Program-made: the position numbers and the translations under genes
The notes under the pieces: model-generated
Told to the model about the DNA's origin: nothing
Databases searched by the model: none
What the model saw: the letters and a program-made list of their open reading frames with translations, nothing else
Shown: positions 11,228 through 24,970 of the stretch, piece by piece
Numbering within the stretch: position 1 is the stretch's first letter
Layout of the letters: every line of letters starts with the position of its first letter
Source: Octopus vulgaris
Taxonomy: Eukaryota
DNA length: 64,000 bases
Direction of reading: 5' to 3'
Assembly (NCBI GenBank): GCA_951406725.2
Contig: OX597836.1
Coordinates: forward strand, 42,594,001 to 42,658,000

Positions 11228-11970
11228 GTAATAACTGTATTATGTCTCTCATGGTGGTGATGGTGGTGGTGGTGGTGGTGGTTTTATTTGGCCCCAGGTC
11301 AGCACTTGTTAAGCAGATCTATGATCAAACGTCTACCAGCTGTAAAAAGTCTAACCTTTTTCTTATGTGTAGGGAAACAAGGGGTACATTGTCCAATGTG
11401 CCCTTTTATTAATAAGGCAGTGATTTGCAGGGGAAATTTTGATTGTTATCTATTTCTAGCAAGTTGAGTAACCACATAGAGGCTTCTTTGTTGATTTGCA
11501 GTTGTGGTCATGTGTAATATGTGACAGAATGTGGTTTGTGTCTGGTAATAGTTGCCATGAGTGGAGGCACAGGTCTTAATGTTAGACTTATGATCATAAG
11601 ATTGTGGTTTCAATTCCTGGAGTGGGCGATGTGTTGTGTTCTTGAACAAAACACTTCATTTTTTCGTTGCTCCAGTCCAGTCAGCTGGCAAAAACTGAGT
11701 AATCCTGCAAGGTACTGGTGTCCTATCCAGGTGGGAAATATTTACGCCATGGAAACTGGGAAACTGGCCCTTATGAGTCGGTGTGATGGTGTTGTTGTTG
11801 TTGTTTAGTCAGGGGCCTTTCTCCTGACTATGCGCATGTCTGACATGTAGGTAAACCGACTGCAAGACTAGTTACAATCCACAGACCCATAGCCCAACAT
11901 GTACCATGTATGCAAGGCTGAAGACTACATTATAGATTCTGTCATGTGGTTGTTAAGTGTATGTGGACAT

Positions 11971-12575
11971 GAGGGGATGCTGAGAAAGTTCCTGGCTTTG
12001 AGTTAAGGAAAGTGCAGGAGGATCAGTTAATTATGATTTTACTCAACATATTCCCCTCGCAGATTCTCACATTTGCTGCAGAGGTCCTTCAATTTTTCTA
12101 AGTCCTGTAAAAGAATTCAGAAAGTTGGGCTCCCAACTAGGTCTTTCACGATATTCTTAAAGCCAGGCACTTTTCAGCACCCCCTCATAAAACATGTGAT
12201 TATGTACACACAAGAGGACGCTGAAAAGTTCCAAGTTTTGATAAAAGAAAATAGAGGAGGATCAATTAATTATGATTTTATTGCCAGGTGGTTGGTGTTA
12301 GGACAGGAATCCAGTTGTAAAAACTGTGCCAAAACAGACGCAGAAGTCTAGCACAGGCTCATGCCTGGTCAGCTCCTATCAAACTGTCCAACCCATGCCA
12401 GCATGGAAGGTGGACTTTAAATGATGATGACGATGATATTCCCCTCTCAGATTCACACACCTCCTGCAGTCGTCCTTCAGTTTTTCTAAGCCCTGTAAAA
12501 GAACTCAGAATGTTTTACCCCCTGCCAGATCTTTCTCGATATCCTTAAAACCAGTAACTTTTCATCACCCCACTT
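11971..12575. mobile_element. Two adjacent related MITEs, the second interrupted by a SINE fragment
   Basis: TIR-like gaggggatgctgagaaagttcctggcttt ... aaagccaggcacttttcagcaccccctc (11971-12186), repeated in degenerate form at 12214-12572. Confidence 0.6.
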
Positions 12576-12787
12576 AGATGAACATGTTTATCTTTCACCT
12601 GTCCAGGTGTACCAAAGGTAAGTGTGTTTATATACTCATACAATGATTCTTCTTGTTCTTCTTGTTCTTCTTCTTCTTGTTCTTCTTGTTCTTGTTGTTG
12701 TTGTTGTTGTTGTTCTTCTTCTTCTTCTTCTTCTTCTTCTTCTTCTTCTTCTTCTTCTTCTTCTTCTTCTTCTTCTTCTTCTTGCAG

Positions 12788-12898
12788 GTTATTATGATAA
12801 ATGTGAGAAAATATTGACTGAAAACTTAAAGAAAACGTCAGGCTTGACTTCTGTTTTATCTAAAATGCTGAATACAATGGGTGTTAATTATGAAAGGA
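12788..12898 (+). CDS. Copy A coding exon 6 (TPR-like: YDKCEKILTENL...MLNTMGVNYER)
   Basis: (CTT)n tgcag|GT ... AGGA|gtaagt, 111 nt, phase 1/1. Paralogous to 57172-57279. Confidence 0.87.
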
Positions 12899-13321
12899 GT
12901 AAGTATGGTACCACCAGCCCCCTTTTTTCCCCCTAAATATTTTGTTACTTTCTGGTTAAGCACAGGTGTGGCTGTATGGTGAAGAATTTTGTTTCCCAAT
13001 AACATGGTTTTGAGTTCGGTCCCACTGCATGGCACCTTGGGTAGATGGTTTCCACTATGGCCCTGAGCCACGAAAAGTCAATTTGTGTGAGTGGATGTGG
13101 TTGACAGAAACTGATAAAAGCCATATATTTGTGTGTGTGTGCGTGTTGTGTGTTTTGTGTTTATGAGTGTGTTGCTATCTCCCTACCTTGACTTTGCATG
13201 ATAGTTGTAAACGAATGTCACTGTCATCCATGCAGTGTTGTTCATTTACAGTCTTCTGTGAAAGCATCTCTGGCCATAGGGAAATATTACGTTTATATTT
13301 TTTCATTTTGTCTTTTAACAG

Positions 13322-13465
13322 ATGGTTTTCAATATAATAAAGCAATCAAATTTTATAATGCTGCACTTAGTGAAAGATTGAAAATTGTTACTGTAAATCC
13401 AAAGATATCTGTGATATCGTACTCTAATGTAGCAAATTTATTATCCCGAAACTTTGGCAAACACA
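13322..13465 (+). CDS. Copy A coding exon 7 (TPR: YNKAIKFYNAALSERL...SYSNVANLL)
   Basis: aacag|AT ... CACA|gtaagt, 144 nt, phase 1/1. Paralogous to 63462-63605. Confidence 0.88.
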
Positions 13466-14243
13466 GTAAGTACAGAGTTTTAAGTTTTAAGTAAAATCTA
13501 AAACTACAAATATAAATATTTGGTTGTTTTCTTTATTAATATTTCTTAAGGTGACAAGCTGGCAGAAATATTAGCGTGCCAGGCGAAATGCTTAGCGGCA
13601 TTTCTTCTGTCTTAACGTTCTGAGTTCAAATTCCGCCGAGGTTAACTTTGCATTTCATTCTTTTGGGATCGATAAATTACGTACCAATTGCATACTGGGG
13701 GTTGATCTAATCGACTGCCCCCCACCACCACCACAAAAAGTTTCGAGCCTTGTCCCTAGAGTAGAGAAGAATATTTCTCCTTCTTAAGATGGTGAACTGT
13801 CAGAATTACCAACAAGTTGGGCAAAGTTGTTAGTGGTATTTTGTCCAGTTATATATTGTGAGTTCAAATTCTGTCATGGTCAACTTTGCTTTTCATCCTT
13901 TCGGGGTTGATAAAATAAGTACCAACTTAGCACTGGCATCATTGTAATTGACTAACCCGTCCCATAAATTGCTGACCTTGTGCAAAATTTAAAACCAGTG
14001 TTTCTCCTTTTTATAGCGGCAAGCTGGTAGAATCGCTAGCATACTAAGTAAAATCTTTAGCAGTATTTTGTCCGTTTTTATATTCTGAATTCAAATTCCA
14101 ACGAGGTTGACTTTGCTTTTCATCATTTTGAGGTCAATAAAATAGGTGCCAGTAATATACTGGGGTCAATGTAATTGATTTACTCACCACCCCTGAACTT
14201 GCTAACCCTAATTTGAAACTAATATTTCTCCTTCTTCCTCCAG

Positions 14244-14355
14244 GTAAAGCACTTCAACTCCTGTTCAGTGCCAAGGATATCCAAAAGAAGCATAGATGGC
14301 TACACATGGACACCTCCTTGGTATTGCATTACATTGGTCTTGTGTATCTGAGAAT
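14244..14355 (+). CDS. Copy A coding exon 8 (TPR: KALQLLFSAKDIQ...VLHYIGLVYLR)
   Basis: tccag|GT ... AGAAT|gtaagt, 112 nt, phase 1/2. Paralogous to 63714-63825. Confidence 0.87.
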
Positions 14356-15431
14356 GTAAGTACTTTGGTTTGATCAGCCTCATTGGTCAAGTGCATTTGA
14401 GATTGGAAGTAGCTTCGTTTGACCAACCAGATTAACTGAATGTATTTGCGAATGTAAGTAATTGGTTGATTGTGAATGTGAGGCTGTGTGTAATTTAGAC
14501 AAACAGTATTCCAAGAGTTAAACATGATTTTATTTATGCTGCTCAAGTTGGTCCTGAATCACAAAATTCTCCACATTGAGTCAACAAGATGTAAGAAACT
14601 TAATGCCACATGTGTGGTAGCTACATACAAACGCTTAAACATGAATATTTGATTTAAAGGTGATTTCCCTCCTTCTAGGACTGCAGCTGGGATATACAAA
14701 AAATATGTGCTTGTAGTGTGTTTGGAACAGCTGCAATGACAGGAATCATTCCACTGTAAAAGACTGGCCTAAAAGAGAGGAGCGCATAGTTGGTCGGTAC
14801 AATGTGCAGCATATACCACTGGTAGACCCGTAAAAGATCTTCCTGGATTAAACATGGTGATACCCGGTACCATGCCGTACTCAAGAAGACCCGTACTCTG
14901 ATGCAGAAGTGTTAAGATTGATCCTTCTGGTGGTGCAAAGCTCTTTTGGTGGTACCATATAAATGCGCCTGTGCAGTGTCATGTAATAGCACCCACATGG
15001 TTCCATGTAAAGGCGCCCATGTGGTGCAATGTAAAAGCAACCAGCACATCTGTGAAGGGGTTGGTGTTAAGAAGGGCATCCAGCTATAGAAACCTTGCCA
15101 AATCAGACTGGGGTCTGATGCAGCTCCCCACCTTGCCAGTTCTGGTCAAACCATCCAATCTATGCCAGCGTGGACAACAGACATTACATGATGTTGATGA
15201 TGATGATGATTTTGATGAACATATATATACACATTGCTCCATGTTTGCTGTCATATGACACATGTCTGGAGCATGCAGCCATTAGTATGACCATATAAGG
15301 AGTTTGTGTATTGGAACTCTTCTCTGCACACACGGAAGAGAGAGTTTCTTACTATTAACACATACACAAAAACATATCGTGTGTGTGTATGTATGTGTAT
15401 ATATATATATATGTGTGTGTGTATATATACT

Positions 15432-15542
<111 letters not shown>

Positions 15543-15640
15543 ATAAATAAGGATAAGATTGTTAATTTAAATCAAATAACGATCTTATCAAGTGGCCAGC
15601 ATGGAAATAAAATCCTTCAAAGGTAATAATTATTATTAAA

Positions 15641-15865
15641 ATTATAACTTGGGGTCTCTACGAGATACCACCATGCTGAAAATAGCAGCCAGGATCTAAC
15701 TCTAGAAATCAGGGATCTGGAATTATCCAGTAATTTTTTACTAGTTTTATTTTGTCTTTTTCTCTTCTCTCCTTGTGCTATATGAACACTTAAGGTGGTT
15801 TTAGAGTCAGATCCTGGCTGCTATTTTCAGCATGCCGGTATCTCGTAGATACCCTAAGTTATAAT
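15641..15865. repeat. ~70-bp inverted repeat between TA microsatellites
   Basis: 15641-15710 is the reverse complement of 15797-15865. Confidence 0.8.
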
Positions 15866-16347
15866 ATATATATATATGTGGGGGTGCAATGGCCCAGTGG
15901 TTAGGGCAGCGGACTCATAGTCGGAGGATCATGGTTTCAATTCCCAGACTGGGCGTTGTGTGTGTTTATTGAGAAAAAACACCTAAAGTTCCACAAGGCT
16001 CTGGCAGGGGGTGGGTGTAGCGACCCATGTTGTACACTTTCACCCCAATTTTCTCTCACTCTCTCTCCCTGTTTCGTGAATAACTGCCATTACCACCACT
16101 GCCATCGCCACCACCACTGTCATGACAATCACCACCTCCACCACCATAACCACTACCATTGCCATCACTACCACTGTTACCATCTTCGCCATCACCACCA
16201 CCACCACCACCACCATCATCACCATCACCATCACTGTTAACATCTTCACCACCACTGCTGCCTTCACCACATTCACCACCACCACCATTACCACTACCAC
16301 TTTGGACTCGATCTTACCATTGAACCACTATGGCCATCATATTCCAG

Positions 16348-16612
16348 GCATGAAATCTCCAACAGCCTGACATTTTTTCATGAGGCTTTGGATATCTACA
16401 ACCAGATACACCCAAACTACACCGGAAAGATGAATATCATTCATGCGATTGCGCACTGCTATCTGCTGAAAGAGGAATTCGATAAAGCCAAGAGTTGTTT
16501 CAAGGACATGCTCGAAGGTTACAGTGACCGTTTGTTGAGCGGTTCGTCAGAGGCTGAATCTCTCTCCCTGGCTTTAGAACACATGGTTTATCTCAATTTG
16601 GAAAACCCTCAG
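16348..16612 (+). CDS. Copy A coding exon 9 (TPR: FFHEALDIYNQ...IAHCYLLKEEFDKAKSCF)
   Basis: tccag|G ... CTCAG|gtatgg, 265 nt, phase 2/0. Fits the frames of exons 8 and 10. Confidence 0.83.
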
Positions 16613-16991
16613 GTATGGTTAATTATCACATATGTTGTCATTGTTGATTGATAGATTGACTGATGGATAGATGGTGGACAGATTGATGGATTTACTCTTT
16701 TACTCTTTTACTTGTGTCAGTCATTTGACTGCGGCCATGCTGGAGCACCGCCTTTAGTCGAGCAGATCGACCCCGGGACTTATTCTTTGTAAGCCCAGTA
16801 CTTATTCTATGGGTCTCTTTTGCCGAACCGCTAAGTGATTGATGATGAATTGATTATTTGATCGATTACTGGATTAATTGATGGATTAATTGATGAATTA
16901 ATTGATGGATTGATTGATTGATTCATGGATGGATTGATGATTGATTGATTGATGATTGATAAATTGGTTATACTTCTAAAATACAAAAATA

Positions 16992-17943
16992 TTGGATCAT
17001 CCCATAAATAACGCGGGTTGTTTTACACTTCTTTTATTTTTCAAAATTAAGATAATTAAAATCTTTTTTAATCTAAATGTTACCCTCCTTCATTTTCTAC
17101 AATGCTCTTCCATTATTTATCTGGTAGACTTGCAAGGGCTTTTTTCCAAAATTCATTTGTCCATAAAGAAAATACCCTTCTAGTATGGTTCAGACCTTAA
17201 ATCCTTAAATCCTTTAAAATGTTTTAGCCCGAAGGCCGCGGCCATGCTGGGGCAACACCTTGTCTACATAATTCATATTTTTCCTGTCCAAATTATTTTG
17301 AAGAGTGTGGAATAAATGATAATCAGATGGAGCAATGTCTGGTGAATTTGCTGGGTGGGGCATCGTTTCCCATTCAAACTGCTCCAGTTTTGGAAATGTC
17401 ATCGTCGTATGTAGCCAAGCATTATCCTAATGGAAGTACAACTTCCGTCTTGAAACCAAAGATGGCCGTTTTTCTTCTAACACTGACTTAAGTTGAATGG
17501 TTGAATTACCAAACCCAAGCTTCTCTGCTAGTTCCTCAACAGTTACGATGGGATTTTCTTCCACTGCGTTTGCAGGTTGTCCTTGTTGAGCTCTACAGAT
17601 CTTCCAAGATGAAGCCCATCTTCTAGGTTGTAGTTTCCGGCTCGTAATTTCAGGAACCACTATTGACACTGGCTTACACTTATTGCATGACCCCATATAC
17701 TGTATTAATATTCCTTGCACTTTTCGTTGCATTGTTGCCTTTATTGAATTCATAAAACAAAATATGCCAAATATGCTCCTTTGTCGCTTCCATTATAGCT
17801 TTGAAAAAATAACTGTTAAAATCGAAGTGCACTCTTCAAAACTTGCACTAAGAATAACCACATGGTAAAATTACTACCTGCTATAAAGGAAGTTGACTTT
17901 TAATGCATGCAACTGAAAAAACCTCATTTATGGGATGACACAA
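16992..17943 (-). mobile_element. Decayed mariner element
   Basis: TIRs ttggatcatcccataaat / atttatgggatgacacaa, TA flanks, WETMPHPANSPDIAPSDYHLF transposase motif. Confidence 0.88.
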
Positions 17944-19718
17944 TATTTTAAGAATGTTTTTAATACAATAACCAGGTGCCCCAGCCTTAGGGTTGAAGTG
18001 TATAAAAGAATAAAAATAAATAAATGAATGGGTATTTTTAAACATTGAATGGTTAAGAAGATCTCTTTGAGTAAAATAGGAACCAAAGTGGTCCAGAGGG
18101 CAGAAAATGGTTTAGAGGCACAGGATTAATGGAAGGATGAGTTGGTATCTGTTCTTCATTCTTCAAGTAGCTGCTACCGTGAGGAATTTTATTATGATAT
18201 GTCAGCTAAAGAAGAGCAAGCTGGCAGAATTGTTACTGTACCAGGCAAAATACTTAACAGATTTTCGTCCGTCTTTACATTCTGAGTTCAAATTCTGCTG
18301 ATGTCAGTTTTACCTTTCATCCTTTCGGGGTCAATAAAATAAGAACCAATTGAGCAGTGGGGTCGATGTAATCAGCTTTCCACCCGATTCGTTGAATTTG
18401 CTGGCCTTGTGCCAAAATGCGAAATCAATATTATTCTCTGTATTAAGGTGTCAAACAGGTAGAATCATTAGCATGCTGGGCAAAATGGTTATTGGCATTT
18501 CGTCCGCCTTCCCGTTCTGAGTTCAAATTCTGCTGGAGTCAGTTTTGCCTTTTGTTCTTTTGGGGGTCAAGAAAATAAGTACCAGTTGAGCACTGGGGTT
18601 GATGTAATTTACACTCACCCCTGAAATTGCTGGCCTTGTGTCAAAATTTGAAACCCTAGTGATATGTCAGGTTAGGGCCTCAAGCTGACAGAATCGTTAC
18701 CTTGCTAGACAAAATACTTACCAGTTTTGCTCCTGGCTCTTTTATGTTCTCAGTTCAGATACTACCAAGGTTGACTTGGCCTTTCATCCTTTCAAGGTCA
18801 ATAGAATACCAGTTGAGTACTGGGGTCAATATAATTAACTAGACCATTCGTCCAAGTTTTCAGGCTTTGTGCCTATACTACGAAAAAAATTATGTCAGGT
18901 ATCTCGGTCCTCCATTAGTTTTGGTAATTCCTCAGTTTCGTGAAGTACCTCCCTACCAATTACTTCAATGGCAGAAACGTTAGCACGCCGGGCAAATGCT
19001 TAGCAGTATTTCGTCTGCCGCTACATTCTGAGTTCAAATTCCGCCGAGGTCGACTTTGTCTTTCATCCTTTCGGGGTCAATTAAATAAGTACCAGTTACG
19101 CACTTAATCCGTTTGTCTGTCCTTGTTTATCCCCTCTATGTTTAGCCCCTTGTGGGTAGTAAAGAAATAGGTATGGTAGTTTCCAGAATGTATGAGATCA
19201 TCTCTCGTGTATGAATGATATTAGAATTCTAAAGCAACTTCTCTTTGGCCATTTTCCAGCAGGAAAGACTGTTGGAATTCTACTCTTGTTCTTCAAAGAC
19301 AAACTAAAAGAAAATATGAAGCGATGCAACATTCCATTTTTCTTCCTGGGAAAAAAAAAGCATCAGAACATAGGACCTGGTGCCAGTCCTGCTTCTCAGT
19401 TCTAAGATTTGAGCAAAGTCAACTCCAGCATCAGGACGATGCTAGTGCTGCTTGATTGGCTCCCCGTGCTGGTGGCACATAAAAAGCCCCATCCAAACGT
19501 GGTCAGTGCCAGCGCCACCTGACTGGCTCCCGTGTTGGTGGCACGTAAAAAGCATGAATTACACTCTCAGAGTCGTTAGCATTAGGAAAGGCATCCAGCT
19601 GTAGAAGCCTTGCCAGATCAGATTGGAGCTTGGTGCATCCTACAGGATTGCCAGTCCTCAGTCAATCCGTCCAACCCATGCCAGCATGGGAAACGGACGG
19701 TAAATGATGATGATGAAG

Positions 19719-19765
<47 letters not shown>

Positions 19766-19790
19766 AATTTCACTTTCTTTTTATTTTTAG

Positions 19791-20111
19791 AACCAGCTGT
19801 TTCATTTGGAGAATCTTTTGAACGAAATTAGACAACTATTGAAACGAAGTGTACATGAGAAACACAAGCTACGATATTCCAATGCTATTGCCAAGTACCA
19901 GTCCTTGAAAATACTCCTGGTAGATAAACTCAACCGAAAGGAAGAACGGGCTGGACTCCTCATGGACTCAATCCCTGTTCTTTGTCATCATTGCAAGAGT
20001 TTCATTCGTTATTTTAAATGTTCTCGAGAGAATTATATTCATAAACTTTGCGGACTGAGATCTAATTTATATGAAATCGATATTCAACAACGATTAAAGA
20101 TTGTTGAATAA
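19791..20111 (+). CDS. Copy A terminal coding exon 10 (NQLFHLENLL...VLCHHCK...KIVE*)
   Basis: Polypyrimidine tract plus tttag|AAC, phase 0, open to TAA at 20109-20111. AATAAA overlaps the stop. Confidence 0.75.
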   Translation, partial: NQLFHLENLLNEIRQLLKRSVHEKHKLRYSNAIAKYQSLKILLVDKLNRKEERAGLLMDSIPVLCHHCKSFIRYFKCSRENYIHKLCGLRSNLYEIDIQQRLKIVE

Positions 20112-20322
20112 AGAATGGTTTGTGATTTTACATCTTTGGTATGATTGACTACATTATAGCTGTGGTCAGTTCAATAGATGATCTCAAACATAGTCTTTTC
20201 GGGGTCGATTAAATAAGTACCTGATACGCACTGGGGTCGATATAATCGACTTAATCCGTTTGTCTGTCCTTGTTTGTCCCCTCTGTGTTTAGCCCCTTAT
20301 GGGCAGTAAAGAAATATATATA

Positions 20323-20909
20323 AGTACAGTCACCGGAAGTAACTTGCACGGACACCGGAAATACATCTGCCATCACCAGAGAAAACAAAGCAACTACCCC
20401 CAGCGACTTGCCTGACCTTTCATTGGACAAAAGCTACCTACCTGCCATTCTATTGGACACTGGCTAAACATCACTGCTGATATTTTTGTATAAATAGACA
20501 TGATAAATCGCTGTGAAGGTAGTTGGATTTTTGGCACTCGACCGATGTAAATCGGTTCCCTCTCGCCTGCCACGCTCGCCACTCACGCCACCTCGAACCT
20601 TTGTACTGCTATTTCACGCCTGAAATAAATCGCTGTATAAACTTACACCTCTTGTCTGCTCGTCCTTTCAACTACTGCTTTCGTCTGTCCAGTTTTGCTG
20701 ATTACGACCACATTCCTTCTCAGGGCTAATTCAAGCCTGATCTGAATGCGATAATAGTCCTTTTTAGGACTACTCTCAGATCCGATCTAATTACGATAAC
20801 AGTGCTTTTTAGGACTATTCTTGAATCGGATCTAATTGCGATAACCATCCTTTTAAGGGCTACCCTCAGATCAGACCAGAAGTAGTGGCCAAGAATCATA
20901 CCCGCTACA
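20323..20909 (+). repeat. 5' LTR (587 bp)
   Basis: About 15 differences from the 3' LTR by eye. Starts AG (mutated TG) and ends CA. Confidence 0.93.
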
Positions 20910-20989
20910 ATTGGTGACCCCAAGAATCGTACCCGCTATAATTGGTGACCCCGACAACGAATCAAGCGAACAGCATATCAAGAATCAGC

Positions 20990-21860
20990 ATGGACACGCC
21001 AAAACCAACAACAGAGGCCGATATACCAACCACGCAAGAAGCTTTAACCATGAAGGTCCCGTTTTTTGGTCCAACGACCCAGCCCTGTGATCGTCCACAT
21101 AGAAGCACAATTCGCCATGAATAGTATCAAGCACGACTCTGCAAAACTCACGCACATCATTGGGTCAGTCCCACCAGAAGTATTGGCTGAGGTGAGAGAC
21201 CTAGTCATGGCACCGCCAGGCACGGTGTCGTACGAAGCTTTCCGCAAGGAATTAATGATGCGAACTACCGCATCACAGCAGAGACGACTCAACCAACTCG
21301 TGTCTGCAGAAGAGTTGGGGGACAGAAAACCGTCACAACTGCTGCGTAAAATGAGACAGCTGATGGAGGACCAACCGCTGTCAGAAGAGGTTCTGAAAAG
21401 GCTTTTTCTACAGCGCCTGCCCTTACCAATGCAGAGCATTCTGGCGTCGACCACCGACACAGCAACCCCGGAGTAACTTGCGCATGTCGCAGATAGAATC
21501 GCTGAGGTGTCAAACCCCTTTTCTTCTGTGGCACAAATCAACCATCGGACGAACCCATTCGAAGCGTCCTCAGACTCTACCTCCGAGGTTGCAGAGCTGC
21601 GAGCTATGATCAGAGAGCAGGCTGGTCAAATTAAAGCCCTCACAAACAAGCTAGAAAACTGGACCTTGGAAACACACCGGCGGCGCAGCAACAGTTCATC
21701 AAGGTCCACTCACCGTCGAAGATCCAGAAGTCCCAGTCAAAATCGTGTGTCTAGCAACATCTGCTGGTATCACGCAGAATTCGGCGCACGGGCATCTAAG
21801 TGCAAGGCCCCGTGCTCTTTCCTGAATACCACCCAGGGAAACGGGCAGGCCAGGGCCTAG
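20990..21860 (+). pseudogene. gag: gag (frameshift and in-frame stop at 21474-21476)
   Basis: ELGDRKPSQLLRKMR, FLQRLP and CWYH knuckle split over three ORFs. Confidence 0.85.
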
Positions 21861-24800
21861 CGACGACGTTCACCCCTGGTACTGAGAAAAAAATCGTCTG
21901 TTTTTTATTAACGACCAAGCGACGGGCATCTGCTATCTCGTGGATACAGGAGCCCAGGTTAGTGTTATTCCTGTATCACTAGTCTCGGGCAAACGACATC
22001 CAACACCGTCCTTTCTGCGGGCAGTGAACCGATCGTCAATTCCGACTTTCGGTGAGAAATCACTGACCCTGAATCTAGGCCTGAGGCGTCGTTTCCAGTT
22101 CATTTTCGTCGTGGCAGACCTACCGACCCCTATCTTAGGAGCCGATTTTCTCCACCACTTCAACCTTCTGGTGGACATGAAGAACCGGAGGCTTATTGAC
22201 ACCACCACAAACCTCACTGTGAGAGGTATATTTACCACGCAACCGACAGTGAGCCCTGTAATCTGTCAGTCAGAGCCTTCGCGTTACAACAGCATTCTCC
22301 AGAAATATCCAGACATCACTCGCCCGGTATGTAGAGATGGACCCATTAAACATCGTGTCACACATCACATCGAGACACGAGGACCACCACAGCTGCTCGA
22401 CCAAGGAGACTGCCTCCAGACCGATTGCGAATCGCCAAACAGGAATTTCAGCACATGCTGGACCTTGGAATCATTCGCCCTTCCTCCAGCAACTGGTCTG
22501 CACCTCTACACCATGTTCCCCAAAAAACAGAGAACGACTGGCGACCATGTGGGGATTATCGTGCACTCAACAATACCACAGTGCCCGATAATTACCCTGT
22601 ACCTCACTTGCACGATTTTTCTGCCTCTCTGCAAGGCGCACGCATCTTTTCTAAGATAGATTTGGTGCGGGCATATAACCAGATACCTGTGGAGCCTGCT
22701 GATATTCCAAAGACGGCAATCACAACACCGTTCGGTTTGTTCGAATTCCTGCCAATGCCGTTCGGTCTGCGCAACGCTGCACAAACTTTTCAACGGTTCA
22801 TTGACACCGTATTACGTGACCTACCTTTTGTGTGCGCGTATATCGACGATGTACTAGTAGCAAGTACTTCTGAGCAAGAACACGAGAAGCACTTGGATCT
22901 TCTGTTCCAACGTTTGACCGAGAACGGCATCATCATCATCAACCCAAGCAAGTGCGTTCTCGGCGTTCCTTCACTCTCCTTTCTCGGGCACATGATTGAT
23001 AAAGACGGCATTCGTCCACTTCCTGAGAAAGTAGACGCTATCCGCAATTTTCCAGCACCTACATCACTTCGGAAACTACGTGAATTCCTCGGTTTGGTTA
23101 ATTTTTCATAGGCGTTTTATCCCTCATTGTGCTGACGCAGCCCGACTCCTCACGGACCTTCTTCGCAACCGGACTCGGAAAAATGAAGACATAACTTCGA
23201 ACGAGGAAGAATTAACATCTTTCAACGGTCTGAAAGAAATGCTGGCAAACGCTTCCATGCTCGTTTTCCCCAGGTCTGGCGCTCCTCTTTCGCTGCTAGT
23301 GGACGCATCAGACATGGGGGTTGGAGGCGTTTTGCAACAATATGTCGACGGCGTTTGGCAACCCTTATCCTTCTTTTCTAAGCGGTTGCAACCCACTGAA
23401 ACCAAATATAGTACGTTCGGCCGTGAACTCTTGGCAACCTACCTTTCAGTGAAGCATTTTCGTCACATGCTCGAAGGATCGGATTTCGTGATCTACACGG
23501 ACCATAAACCACTAGTTTATGCGTTCCGTACCTAACCGGATCGACATTCACCGAGAGAACTTCGCCACTTGGACTTTGTCTCCCAATATTCAACCGATAT
23601 TCGGCATATCAAGGGATCAGACAACGTAGCAGCTGACGCTCTGTCCCGAATCCAGCTGAACGCAATACATGTGGATTCAGGCATCGACCTTCATCAAATT
23701 GCAGCTGACCAAGAGACTGACGAAGAGTTTATCAAACTCCGAGATTCGCCATCCCTCAAGTTTCAGCAAGTTCCCATTCCTTCTTCTTCTCCGGGACAAA
23801 TTTGGTGCGACATTTCTACTGGTCATCAACGACCGTACGTACCCCAGATGCATCGACAACAAGTTTTTTCTGCGTTACACTGTTTGTCTCACCCGGGAAT
23901 CCGGGCTACACAGAAACTCATTTCTGCTCGTTTTGTGTGGACCAACGTTAACAAGGACGTGCGCGACTGGTCCAGGAGCTGCATTGCCTGCCAGAAAGCC
24001 AAAGTCCACAGACACATCAAAACGCCACTCGGCGCATTCGCGCAACCTGATGCACGTTTTCAGCATGTGCATATCGACATCGTCGTACCTTTACCATCAT
24101 CACAGAACTGCAATCACTTGCTCACCTGCATTGATCGTTTTTCCCGTTGGCCTGAGGCTTTTCCTATAAGTGATACCTCAGCGGAAACGGTGGCTAAAAC
24201 TTTGGTTTTACACTGGGTATCACGTTATTGCGCCCCAGCGAATATAACAACGGACAGAGGACGCCAATTTGATTCCTATCTCTTCAGGGAACTGACTCGT
24301 CTGTTAGGATGTAAACACATCCGCACAACAGCTTATCACCCGCAAGCTAATGGTCTTGTGGAAAGATTCCATCGTCAATTGAAAGCTGCAATAAAGGCGT
24401 ACCCAGACAAGACCCACTGGTTTGAATACCTGCAACTCATCCTTCTTGGCATCGGTTCCACCGTTAAGGAACAATTCGGACACACCTGCAGAATTAGTGT
24501 ACGGCACCACCCTGGTTCTACCTGGTCAGATGGTTGCTCCCATCTCTCCTCAGGACGTTCAAGACCCAGGATCATACGTACACCGACTTCGTCAATACAT
24601 GTCTCACCTTGCCCCTGCGAGCACCCGTCAACAGAACACGAACACACATGTACCTGCAGACATTAGCGAATGGACGCACGTTTTTGTTAGAAATGACACC
24701 ATCTCCACTAATCTTCAACCTCCATATTCTGGCCCTTACCGTGTCCTAGAAACACACCCAAAATATTTTGTCATCGATCAAAATGGTAAACAGAATTCTG

Positions 24801-24970
24801 TCAGTGTGGACAGATTTAAAAAAGCCATCATGGACACGATTACGGTTTCTATGCCAGAAACACCAGCAGCTTGCATTCCCAGCAAACTGCCTGTTTCATC
24901 TCCTGTCACAAGAAGTGGACGACGTGTCCATTGGCCCGCCAAGTTGGCACAATACGTGAAATATCATTAA
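21860..24970 (+). pseudogene. pol: pol (protease, RT, RNase H, integrase) with several frameshifts and stops
   Basis: [65 protein letters not shown] across ORFs 21940-24970. Confidence 0.93.

Noticed and set aside
19175-19440. ORF NDIRILKQLLFG...FKDKLKENMK as a possible extra exon
   Set aside because: Resembles a decayed RTE-type LINE C-terminus, and exons 9 and 10 already join in frame.
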